A stretch of DNA of 20,000 nucleotides, from contig MU004193.1 of assembly GCA_010093605.1 (NCBI GenBank), positions 1,608,279-1,628,278 of the forward strand. Direction: 5' to 3'. Positions within the stretch are counted from its first letter, which is position 1. Each line of letters starts with the position of its first letter. The position numbers were made by a program, and so were the translations under genes. Origin of the DNA: Lophium mytilinum. Its lineage: Eukaryota. Below are positions 6,859 through 18,923 of this stretch, one piece after another. Below the pieces are notes generated by a model. It was not told where the DNA came from, did not search any database, and saw only the letters and a list, made by a program, of their open reading frames with translations.

Positions 6859-9800
6859 TATTAGAGAGGCCCGTATAGGCCTTAATTATACTAGATCTAT
6901 ATAGAAAAGTATTTCTATAGTAGATCTATATATTATATATATAATATCTAAATATTAACTATATATTAAAAATTCTATATTCTTTTCTTCTAGATCTAAT
7001 TTACTATTAAATTATATTTATAATAGTATATTATACTTACTACTTTATACTATATATTATTAGTATATTAGGCTATTAGCTTCTTTAGAAGCTTTAAAGC
7101 TTCTAGAAGTATATAATACTATAAAAGGTGCGTTAGTAGGCGGTAATATTATAGTAATATTACCTAAAAGGGGTTTAGAATTCTTTAGAGGTCTACTACT
7201 ATATTAGTAGAGAATAATAGAGGTATTAGAATATTTAATAGCTTAATAGTAAAAAAGAATTAGAAGAGATTATAAAGTATTTATAATAAAGGGAATTATA
7301 AAGTAATATAAATATTAGTATGCTAGCGCGCATTAGGTTTTAATATATAATTAAAGCTATAATAGCTAATAATAGGCTTATTAGAGATCTTATAAAGTTT
7401 CTTATAATCTAGTAAGAAGCTTATAATCTTATATAGGTCTAAAAAGCTATTAGTATATTATAAAGTAGTAAGTAGTAATCTAAAAGTAATAAATTTAAGA
7501 ATCTAGAGTATATATAAGGCCTTTTTAATACTTTTATACTCTTTCTTCTATACTTAACTTTCTTCTTTAAAATTTAAGCTTCTTTTAACTTTAAAGGTTT
7601 ATTAAAGACTCTTATAGCTTTTCTTCTTATTACTATTATTTTTCTTTATTAATTCTTTTATTAGGACTCTCTTTCTCTTAGCTTTTAGGCTACTTCTTCT
7701 TACTTTAAGTTAGTATTATAATATTACTTAATACCTAGCTAGATTCTATAGCCTCTAGCTTACTTTATTTAGAAAGAGGTAGAGATAGAGGTAATAATTC
7801 TTTAGACCCTAGCTATAGTTATAAGGTTCTACGCTCTTATAAATTCTTAGGTATTTTAGCTTATAAAGCCTTATAGGCCTATAGTAAGTTTCTAATAATA
7901 GTTTAACTCTTTCTCTTAATAAAGCTAATAAAATCTAGTTACTATTATACTTATATTAATTATTAACCTTTTAATAGTCTAGAGGTTCTATAATTTATAC
8001 TATATATAGCTAATAGCCTTTAATAACTCTATTCTACTTTTTTAAGCCTTCTAATACTATACTATAGCTCCTAATTATCTAAACTACGCTAAATACCCCC
8101 TAAAATTTAAAGGTAGTAGTAGAGCTTAAAGAAATATACTACTTTAAGAGTTTCTTAGTAATATTAGAAATAATAAACTAATTTTAAATAAAAACTATAG
8201 CTATACTTTACGCTTTATAGGGCTTCTTAAATAGTATTTAGGCTTAAAAGTAGATTATAGTAAGAATTCTAGAGCTTCTTCTACCTTTAGGGCCTATAAC
8301 TACTACTTAAGAATATTCTTAGAAGGCTATTAGTTTAGTAAATATATTTAGGCTTATAATCTAGATAGTTTTTCTCTCTATTAAGAATTCTATATAGAAT
8401 ATTATTAGTAGAGTAGTAAGGGGACTTATTTATTCTAAGGTAAGTTTAGCTTTACTTTTAAAGTATCTTAGAACTTAGCTAATACCTATTATAGAAGGGT
8501 AGACTCTAATAGCTTATTAAAAGACTACTAGAGCTTATATTTAATAAGGTTACTATAATATTACTAAGTTTATATCTTCTCTTTATAACTAAGAATCTCT
8601 TAAGAACCTAGCTAAGAATATAGTATGCCTAGCCTTAGCTATATAGCTACTAATAGAATTAATTTAAAAAAAGACTACTATACTACTATATAATCTAGAT
8701 ATTTTTTATACTTCTAAATCTTTAATAGCTTAATATTACCTATAAGGCTCTAGTAGTACTTCTACTTAGGCTTTTAGTTTAAGATCTAGCTTCTAGTAAT
8801 TATCTATAGCTATATTAGGTTTAGAAAATATAGCTACTTTAGGTTCTAGCACTTAAGATCTAAGGTAATACTTTCTAACCTCTTCTACTTAGCTCTTAAC
8901 TTCTCTAATTTCTTTAACCTCTTATTATTCTTCTTTAGGTTCTCTATAGCGCTTTTAAGAGCCTACTTCTAATATACTATTAAGCTGCTGCTTATTCTAG
9001 TTATCTATTAGTAATAATAATAACTCTACTAGAGAGACCTCTCTAAACTCTACTTAGTATTAGATAGGCTTTCTAAATACTATTCTCTAGAAGAATAGGG
9101 CTAGTAAGTATAGCTAAAATATATTAACTTAGAGTGCGCCTTTAAAATAGCCTTAGAAGAATAATAATAGCTATTCTAGTAGTAGTAGTAGCTATAGAAG
9201 TCCTAGTAGAAAAAGTTCTAGTAGTAGAATAGCTACCTAGAAGAACTAAGAGTATATTAGCTTAGCTAGTATTAATAGAAAAGTATTAATTTTCCCTTCC
9301 CTTCTAGATATAAGAAGGGTTAAGTATAATAGAAGTATAAGCCTAGCTTAGTTAATCTCTAATATAGGTTCTTAAATTTATTATCTTTTTAATTCTCTAG
9401 AGATAAAATATAGCTAAATAAGTAATAATAAAGAATTAAACGCTTAAATCTAAATTAATAAAGGAAAATCTAGGTAATAAATATATAGAGTTCTTTTAAT
9501 ACTCTATTAGCTTAGAATAGAAGCGCTATTTAAGCTCTCTTATACTTTCTTCCGCGCAACTCTATATTAAGAGCTTAGGTAGATTATATTATAGATGTAT
9601 TAAAATTACTATCTAAATCTAACTTATAATTACTACTAGTATTCTTATTATCTTTAATATCTATTATACTAGCATTACTACTAGAGGAGCTCTCTAATTA
9701 AATATTAGAGTTAGCATTCTTATTTAAGAACTTATTATTTATACGCATTTTAGTATTCTTAGCTCTTAAGTTAATTTCTTTATTCTATAGCTCTGTAGTA

Positions 9801-10524
9801 TTATTAGTTTAAATAATAGTATTACCCCTTAGCTATATAATAATAGTATTTCTATTATACTTATTATTATCTTAGTATATAGTATTAGGTAATTAGGTAG
9901 TAGTATTTATACTTTTAGGTATTCTATTACTATCTTAAGCTATTTCTAATAGTTTTCTATTATTAGTATCTATAGCTAGTACTAATACATTATTAGGTTA
10001 TTCTATAGGTACTGCGTAATTACTAGTTCTCTATAGAATATTAAGCTTATTTTAACTTATCTCTAGCTTATATATATAAACTTTCTAATAGGTATTTATA
10101 GTAGTTTTACCTATATCTTTATATTATATAACTATAAAGCTAGTAACCTATACTAGTATAATAGTTAATTAATTCTTCTTAGGTTTCTTTTTCTTAGTAG
10201 CCCGTTAGTCTCTCTTAAGAACTTTCTTTTTAAAATCTCTTAGTATTTAATATAGCTTTAGTTTAGGCAGTTTCTAAGTATTCTTCTTTTCTTTCTAGAA
10301 GAGCTCCGCGCCCTTATACTACTATTTTAATTAATACTTAGTAATCTTCTAATTCTATTCTACTTTAGAAATTATAGTAAACTTAGACTATAGCTTTCTA
10401 TTAGTATTATCTATATTTAATGCATCTATAATAGTATTATTACTAGATTTAATTTCTTCTTAATATATAGTACGCTCTTTATTAGTATTATTAAAATTCT
10501 CTTAGTTTTAAAGTACTTAGTTAT
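6859..10524 (-). mobile_element. Host Ty3/Gypsy retrotransposon relic, 3' portion (post-integrase tail plus additional coding-like region); left boundary approximate
   Basis: Removing the nested element and one TSD copy joins this segment to the integrase at 19124-20000. The joined frame reads ...ILEDN|*VL*N*ENF...EEIKSSNNTIIDALNIDNTNRKL*SKFTIISKVE*, i.e. an acidic tail once de-RIPped. A candidate terminus TATTAGAGAGG (RIPped TGT...) lies at 6859. Whether the whole 6859-9500 part belongs to the same element is not proven. Confidence 0.6.
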
Positions 10525-10671
10525 TATTAGGGCTTAAGGTTAGAACGTTAGAATTATTAGATTAAATAGTATTAATATTNNNNNNNNNNCGGAGTAATAT
10601 TTATCTATTCTATAGAGCCTCTATTATATAACCTCTAGTTATATATTATACATAATTATATAGCTATAATA
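10525..10671 (-). repeat. 3' LTR of the nested Gypsy element (contains an assembly gap)
   Basis: The 137 sequenced bases match 18924-18978 and 19042-19123 with 3 differences, all transitions. Confidence 0.95.
10580..10589. other. Assembly gap (10 N)
   Basis: Run of 10 N; the corresponding interval in the sister LTR (18979-19041) is 63 bp. Confidence 0.99.
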
Positions 10672-10686
10672 CATCTCCCCCCTCTA
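10672..10686 (-). promoter_or_regulatory. Polypurine tract (PPT)
   Basis: The minus strand reads TAGAGGGGGGAGATG immediately before the 3' LTR. Confidence 0.85.
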
Positions 10687-10888
10687 AAGAAGCCCCCTAA
10701 TTAAAGCTTTTATAAGAGAGAGTTCTTTCTATACTAGAGTATCTATAGCCGCTTAAATATCTATTAAATAAAGTACCTAATTATATTTTAGCCGTAATAT
10801 AAATAAAGGAAATAAATTAATTTATAGAGAATTACTTATTCTTTCTATTTTTATATAGCCTACTATAGCCTTACTATTTTAGTATAGT

Positions 10889-11008
10889 AGTATTACTATA
10901 TATAGTTTTACTATATATAGTATTACTATACGCGGTTTTACTATAGATAGTCTTACTATGCGTAGTATTACTATGCGCAGTCTTACTATATATAGTCTTA
11001 CTATAAGT
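10889..11008. repeat. 15-bp tandem repeat, 8 copies (approximately AGTHTTACTATRYRY), in the 3' non-coding region of the nested element
   Basis: Units start at 10889, 10904, 10919, 10934, 10949, 10964, 10979 and 10994, with a partial ninth copy at 11009. Confidence 0.9.
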
Positions 11009-11199
11009 AGCCTTATTTATCTAAACTAAAGCTAGTTATAATAGGGCTATAGGGAGCTGTATAATCTTTATAGCTACTATCCCGCTACTAGGTACTTATA
11101 ATAATCTACGCTATTATATTATATTTAATTATTATGCATGTCTATAGTTAGGCCTCCTTAATAAATTAATTTAACCGCCGGTCTAGTAATTAAATTATA

Positions 11200-14100
11200 T
11201 AGCTTCCGTAGTATTAGTTATATAGAGGTCTATTATAGTAAGAATAGTAGCTAAGGTTAGTTTCTAGTCTAATAGTAATTAGAATAATAAGTAAGGGCCT
11301 AGTTTCTTTAAATATTAGTAGTAGAAATCTATAATAAGGTATAGGTAACTATTAGCGTAGTTATAGTTATTCTATTAGAGCTTATTATTCTATCTAATAA
11401 ACTTAATCTTATATTATAGTATGCCTCTTTTTCTAGTAGTAGAATTAAAATATCTTCTATCTAGGCAGCTATCTATAACTTCTTTAGTATTGCCTTTCTA
11501 GTATATAGGTATTATTTAAATAGGGGGAGGCTTAGAATTATATTATCCTTTTATAGAAATAGCGTTAGCTAGATAGAGAAGCTATAGGTAAAATACTAGA
11601 TAGATATTCTCTATACCTTTTAGTAGGTTAAGCTTATACGCGCTTCTATTTTTATAGCTCTCTAGAATCTTAAAGGGGTCTAGCTTTTTAAAGTTAAGCT
11701 TCTTATTTAGGCGCGTTATTTTAATAAAGCGTCTATTTAATATAACTTAATTACCTAGGTAATATATATAAGCTAGTTATTATTCTATATTAGTATATTT
11801 CTTCTACTTAGCTTAGGCCTATTTAATTTCTATATAGAGAAACGCGCGTAATTTATCTATTCTAGTAATAAATTTATCTATAAGTTTTATAAGATAAGCT
11901 ATTAGCGTGTTTATACTAGGCTTAGTTATATTATTAGATAATTATGCGGCTAGTGTAGTGCCTATACTAGAAATATAGCCCTTAGTAGCTATAAAGGGCA
12001 CTACTCTAGTAGAGGTATTCTTTACTAAGTTAGCTTTAAACTTAGTAATAGTAAGAAAGTTATACTAGTTATCTTACTAGTAGTTAATATAAGCCCTAAG
12101 GTATTACTTTAGGCCTATATTAGTAACTTCTATTTATCTATCTATCTTAGAATAAAATATAGTAGAAAGCTTTAGTTTTATTCTAATATACTTATATAGG
12201 CGGAACTAGAAGGTTAAGATAAATTATATTCCTCTATTAGAAATAATAGATTATAGATATTCTTTAGTGCGCTATACCTATTTAAGAAAGGCTTAGGTAA
12301 CTTTCTTAGCGTCTATAGTAACTATAGGGATAAACTTATATATCTTAAAGAGCCTATTAATAACTACTATAATATATTAATAGTTCTATCTAAATTATAA
12401 GTATTTTAGAAGAGGGCTAATAAAGTCTACTATTAGATTAGTCTAGTATTAGTTAGAGATAGAAAGTAGCTTAAGAAAGCCTTATTTTACCTTACATGCG
12501 TGTTTAATATAGTTGCACGGCTAATAGGCCTTAATATAGCGGTTAATATTAGAGGTTATTTATAGCTAGAAGTAGTATATTAAGATATAGTTATAAGTAG
12601 ATATAGTTCTACTATAACTAACTAGTAGTAGTTTATAGAGGCTCTTAATAATAGCTAACTAGAGTTTCTTCTTAGTAGAAATATATAGATAGTTCTTTTA
12701 AATAAAGATAAGGCTATTATAGATTATATAGTTATAAAGTTTAAGCTTAATGCTATAGTTCTTAATAATATTAATAGGTAAGCAGCGTAGTTTAGCTCTA
12801 ATAGCGTTCTTAATAGCGTTAGTAATAATATTATTAGTAAGGGCCTCTTATATATAATCTATAATATCTTACTCTATAGTACTATTAGTAGAGCTATTCT
12901 ATAACTTCTTCTACCTACCTAGTAACTTCTATAGTTTATTATTAAGGTTACTCTAAGACTCTTCTTAATTAAGTTCTACTTTACTAAGGTTATATATTAT
13001 TACTATAAGGAAGACTATATTATAAGTTACGCTATTAGTTATAATATAAGCTAATTTAATAGTATAATATATTTCTAGTTTAAGATTATAGTCTTTTAAG
13101 ATAGTCTATTACTAAATCTTATAGCGCTTATTATTTTTATCTAGTATATTACCTAGGCGCCTAGTTAGTAAATTAGCCTTACTATTATCCTTTTCTAGTC
13201 TATATATAATCCGGAAATTAAACTTAGAGAGAAATTTAGCCTATCTAGCCTATTATTAGTTAAGCTACTTAGTCTTTATAAAGTATTATAGGGTCTAGTA
13301 ATCTAAAAGAACTTTAATAGAATTACTATACCTATAGCTAGTAAGTTCTATACGCTATTTTTTAAAGGCGTAGATAATTACTAGAAGTTCTTTATTATAG
13401 ATTTAGTAGTTAAGCTAGGCTATACTTATCTAATAGAATATAAATATAACTAGATATAAAATACCGTCTTATATTTAGAATAGTATAGTAGCTATAATAG
13501 TATTAAATATATTATATTCTATCTACGTCTTTAGGTCTAGATTAAAGTAGGCTATCTAAGGTGTATTAATAAACGCTTACTTTATTTACTTAAAGAAGAA
13601 GTCCTTTAAGCTACCTTTCTACTATAGAAAGGTAAACTATTTATAGACCTCTACCCTAGTAAGTCTTATAAGGGGTCCCGCGATATCTAAGTAAGTAATA
13701 ATAAATTACTAGTAGAAGTTATAGAAGCCTAGAAATACTTATATATTATAGAGGTTCTATAGTTATAGCTAGTTAATAACTATCTTAACTTTAGCTAGAT
13801 CTATTTTAAGGCCGTTAACGCTAATAATAACGCCTAGATACTTAACCTCTTATTTATAGAATTTATATTTAGTAATATTAAGAAATAGGCCCGCCTTATA
13901 GAGTTACTAAAGAATCTTCTTAATATAGCCTATATATTCCTCTAATATATTACTAAAAATAAAAATATTATTAAGGTAGACTATATAGAAATTATCTAAA
14001 TATTTTAAAAGGATATTATTAATAAAGGCTTAGAACATTACTAGAGTATTATATAAGCTAAATAGTAGAATAGTAAATTTAAATAGCCTATACCTAGTAA

Positions 14101-15400
14101 GGAATGCTATATACTTTTTATTACCTTTCTACATCTAAATAGCGTTAAAGGCGGTAATAATATTAAACTTTATATAGTATTAGGCGTGTTTTAGTAAGGC
14201 TAGAGTATCCTTTATAGCTAGAGGAATATTCCGGGCCTTAATTATAATAGTATTAAGGCCTTAGTAATTAACGTAGATGCGTAGGCCTCCGCCTAGCTTA
14301 TAGATAATAATAACTAGAGCTATATATTAACTATTACTTTTCTAAATATAGCCCTTACTATATATCTTATTAATAAATATTTTTATAACTAGTATCTTAT
14401 CTCTTAAGAGCCTATAGACTTTACGCGCCGGTGCTTTAAATTCTAGTTTAATATTAATATAGTAATTAATATTAGTGCCGTCTTTTACTTTATAATAGAG
14501 TAGAAGCTTATTTACTTTCTTTAGATTCTATATATTAAGAAAGCTATAATACTCTATAAATACTAATACTTTAAGTTTATTATAGGTTATTAGCTTACGC
14601 TCTATCTTCTTAAAGAACTTCTATTAGTTATTCTTTAATATTGCGTATAGGCTAATAGCTGCTAGGTTATTAGTAAAATTAGCTAGACCTAGAATAATAT
14701 TGCCTAGTTTATACAGGCGTCTATTAGCGCGCGCTTAGGCTTTTATTTTCTTATCTATAAGTATAAGCTTAAAATATTTAGGCTATATATAGATAGTATC
14801 TTTCTCTAGTAATTACTAGAAGTTATATAAATAGTTATTACTAGATACTATATTAATATTAAGTGCTTTAAAAGTAGTAAGCTAAGCGTTAAGCTTCTAC
14901 TAGAATAGTTACTTACTAGTGCAGGTAACGGGGTCTTTAAACTAGATATAGACTAGTTTATAGTTAACTAGATATTAAGAGTAGTAGTAGTCTAAATCTA
15001 GCTATATTATTTAGGTACTAAACTTTATATAAGTATTATGCGTTATAAGCTATTCTATACTAAGAATAATATTATAGCCCTTTAGGTTATAAATTAACGC
15101 CTAGAACTTATTATAGTGGCCTTTAATCTATATAGTAACTTTAGCTACTTTATTAATAATAGAGGTAGATCTATTTAGAAGCTTAATATTATAGAGAGTA
15201 GCTTTATAGATATTAAGCTTATAGTATTTTATAAAGCTTATAGAGATAAATATAAATCTACTATATCTAGAGTCTATAAAAATAATTAATTTAACTAATT
15301 TAGTTAAAGTAATAATCTTGTAGTTAAAGTCTATTTATTTACTAGAAAGGGGAGTAAGTTTAACTACGTATGCGGAGAGTTTAATATTAGGTAGTTTTAG
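11200..15400 (-). pseudogene. pol: RIP-degenerated pol (protease, reverse transcriptase, RNase H, integrase, chromodomain); ends approximate
   Basis: Minus-strand translations, with inferred de-RIPped readings in brackets: IFIDSRYSRF ~15270 (protease DSG); KLGGGLRIYVNY*GLN ~14255-14300 (KPGGGLRICVDYRGLN); IAFLTRYRLFKF..LLFSLYNTL ~14040-14110; VYLNNIFIFS ~13955-13980 (YLDD); IEYNIFN ~13510 (ECDASD); NY*IYNKELLVII ~13375-13412 (RNase H); an HHCC region ~12500-12640; integrase core VDFISPL ~12420; LDPFKIL ~11675 (GPF); EVIDSCLD...L*YKIKFIR*...LIIDFY ~11320-11480 (chromodomain). Confidence 0.92.
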
Positions 15401-17600
15401 AGAAGGTAGCTTAAGCTCTTAAATATATATAAGAGCTTAAGCTAGCGTGTCTTCTAACTATCTCTAATAATAACTTTTATTAGAGATTAAGCATTTTCTA
15501 AACTATTAGAGTAAATACTTAGGTTATCTTAATCTAGTTTCTTATATTTATATTTATATTAATACTTATTATTATTACTACTATATTTAAACGCGTTAAG
15601 TTCTATATTATTAATACTAGCGGTAGTAAGGCGCTTATTATACTAAGCTTCTATTATAGTCTTTTCTACTATAGTATACTTAGAGTTACTAGTATAGTAG
15701 TTCTTCTTAAAGTAGCTAAAGCAACATTCTTTCTTACTAAGGCGCAGGCGGATATATAGTAGGACACTTAGTAGTAGAATAGTAGTAGTCTTCTTAATTA
15801 TAATATAGTTATTAGTCTTAGTAGTAGATACTTTACTATACTAGGCGCAATTTAAATTATAATAGCTATTCTGCGCGTATATATTATTTAAGCGGCGTGC
15901 TAAGATTTATATAGCTAGAAGTTTATCCTTAGCTTACTTTTCTTATTAAATGTAGTAACAGTCTTTATATAGAATATTATCTTTTACCTAGTACTAGATT
16001 AATAAACTAAAGTTAATATATTTAGTAAGATCTATATATAGTATTTTCTTAAGGTATTAGTAATAAGTTATAAGACTATTATTAATTTATCTATATTTAA
16101 GTCTATTAAGGATAATATTAAGGCGTTATAGAAAGTTAGATATCTTCTTATTAGAACGCTATTTTATACTATAGCTATTAAGCTAGTTAAGAAGGTAATT
16201 ATAATAAATAGTATTACTCTCTTAGAATATAGCGTCTAGGTTCTAGATAAGCTTATTAAATAATTAATATAGGTTAGTAGATATAAGAAGACTATAGTCT
16301 TCTATAACTTTATATACGCGCCCCTTATAATAGCTAATAGTAAGCTAGATCTAGGTTATAGTAGTAGGGTAAGTCTACTAGTCTACTTAAACTAGGTAGA
16401 TTAGGTAATTCTTCTAAGCCGCGTATACCTTAGCTTCTAATTTAAAATCCTATAAGTATATATATTTAGATCTAGGTTCTAGTTATCTATATTAAGGATA
16501 TATAGGGCCGTAAACTTATAGTTAAGTAAAGCTGCCTAGCTAGCTTAGGTCTAGGTTGCCTCTACCTTCTATAGTAGTAAAGTACTAACCTAGCATGTAA
16601 TTATATTAGAAGTTATCTAGATTAAGCGTATATAGTCCCGTTAGTAGAGGCGGAGAGCTATTATTAGTAGAGTTATAGTTAGATTTATATCTATATAGTA
16701 CTATATAGGTATTACTAAATTATACTATTAGTAAGTTTTAATAAAGTTAGGCTTTAAGCTAAGTAATATAGTTTAAGGCTTATTAGTATATAATATATAG
16801 CTTATTAAGCTAGCCTATTTAAGCTTAGAACTAGACGTATTTCTTATTCTATCTATAACGCACTTATACTAAGTCTATTTTTATAGCTTCTAGTATATTA
16901 CTAAGGGTGCATACTTAGGTATAAAGCTTAAAGAGTTTAGCATTAGTATTTAAGTACTTCTTATTTAGGCTAAGAACTATAGTATTAGCGGCGTCTTATT
17001 CTTATACTATAATATTTATTTTATACTTATAGTCTATTTAGTCTATATAAGCTATTATAATATAATTCTACTACTATTATAGTATAAGTTAAATATTCTT
17101 AATAAGGTTCTATAGGCTCTATAGCTTATATTACTTATAGGCTCTATCTCTATAGTATATTTTAAAGATAGAGCTATTAGCGCGCTATATAATTATAAGG
17201 CGCGATTATTAATAGTTCTTAACGCGTATTATAGTAGTCTTAGTTTTATTACTCTATTCTATACCCGCCACTTACTAAGCTAGGTCTAGGGTATTAAATC
17301 TAATAATTAACTCTACACGGGTAGACTAGTATTATAAAGGGGATATATTAGGAAAAGATATACTATAGAGAGGTACTATTCTTAAATAGTTAGAGTTATA
17401 GAACTAATAGTTGGGCCTAGAGGCGGTATTATAGTAGGCTATTACCTTAAAAGTATTAATATTAATATTAATACCTTAATAGGCTATCTAGAGCTTATTA
17501 ACTTTATTATCTATATTACTACTAAACTAGCGTTTCTCTTCTTAGCGGTTATATTTATTAGCTAAGTTAAAATTAGAGAAGAAGTTCTTATTATAGGCGG
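15400..17600 (-). pseudogene. gag: Probable gag relic; boundaries uncertain
   Basis: Lies between the 5' leader and the protease. NNIELNA at ~15592-15612 fits the de-RIPped (D)DMELDA motif typical of fungal chromovirus Gag C-termini. No zinc knuckle could be read with confidence. Confidence 0.5.
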
Positions 17601-18356
17601 TAGTAGTATTATAAAGTTCTATAGTTATATCTTCTTTAGGTAAATTAAAGTTACCTAGTATATAGCTACTAATGCAGGAGAGTAGAAGTATAGTTTCCTC
17701 TACTATAGTTATTATCTAAGAAGCTAGAGTAGCTAGTAGAGGCTTATCTATAGTTCTAAACTTAGTTTAATAATATTATAGCTTAGTAGGTATAACTAGA
17801 GGGACTAGTTTAATAGATAGAGCTAGTTAAGAGGTAGTAGCTAGTATCTATAACTAGAATTAAGTCGCGCTTTAAGAGGGTAGATTTACTAGCTAGATAA
17901 GATAAGGCTATAGGCTATAATTAATCTATATTATATTATTATTATTATCTTCTATAAAAAGGTATTATAGGTTTAGAGCACCTTCTTAATATAATATAAT
18001 ACTAATGCAGTAGGGGTTAATAGAAATACTATTAGCATTACTAAATAGATGTCTAGTAGTAGAGCGTCTACTAGAGATAGAGTTACTAAACTATAGAGCT
18101 TTAGCGCGGTTAAAAGTATAGTAGTTAGGGTTAGCTATATAAAAAGATAAAAGTTAGTATAGAAGAAAGAAAACTTAAAAAGGTAAGGTATTAAATTTAT
18201 ATATAAGGGTGCATTAAATTTAGATTATTTACTACGTGCTCTTAGGCGCGTAGAAGGTTTAAAAGAGTAGTACCTATAGTACTAGTTATACTTAGCTATA
18301 GAACTACCTAGAGAGTTATAGTAAATAATAATATTAAGTAGTCTATTTATAAAACG

Positions 18357-18812
18357 GGTAGTATATAGAAAATAGGTAGTATATAGAAAATAGATAGTCT
18401 ATAGATATTTATTCTATAATACTAAGTATACGCGTAGGCTAGCTATTATTAATACTAAGCTTTCCGGGCGTTAGTCTCTATATAGTAATAGTAATTAATT
18501 AGTAATACTAGGCGCACGCACGCGCTATTACTAATACTAAGCTTTTTAGGCGTTAGTCTCTATATATAATAGTAAAATAGAAGAAGAAGTTATAGAGCTA
18601 TTAAAGTAGTTAATAATTAGTAGAGACTTTCTAGAGTACTACTACTACTCCTCTATTATAGGGGCTTATTACGGAGCGTCTACTATAGTTATAAAATCTA
18701 TTATCTAGGTTCGCGCATAAAGCTAGATTACTTTATTAGGGGCCCGCGGCGCTACTAATAGAAGTACTATATTAGTATAGTCTTTATTAGGGGTCTATAA
18801 TACTACTAATAG
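18357..18812. repeat. Short direct repeats in the 5' leader: 18-bp x2-3 (18357-18410), 43-bp pair (18442-18484 / 18524-18566), 31-bp pair (18731-18761 / 18782-18812)
   Basis: Aligned by eye; the copies of the 43-bp and 31-bp pairs differ only by C/T and G/A transitions. Confidence 0.8.
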
Positions 18813-18923
18813 TTACTCTATAGATATATATATACTAAAGCTTATTAGAAGAGCGCACTCTATTATAGAAAATTTCTAGGGGTGCTTCTATTACTCCCGG
18901 AAGCTAGAAGGGTATTTATCTTA

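Noticed and set aside
7086..7164. Helitron 3' terminus or DNA-transposon TIR
   Set aside because: No Rep/helicase or DDE transposase motifs were found, and the hairpins lie more than 200 bp from the apparent boundary.
6859..8105. A 1.2-kb 3' LTR for the host element, using AGGGGG at ~8096-8101 (minus strand) as the PPT
   Set aside because: The terminal inverted match is weak, the interval looks coding-like, and no second copy is in the window to confirm it. Left unresolved.
10889..11008. CRISPR-like array
   Set aside because: These are 15-bp head-to-tail units with no unique spacers and no cas genes, inside a eukaryotic retrotransposon.
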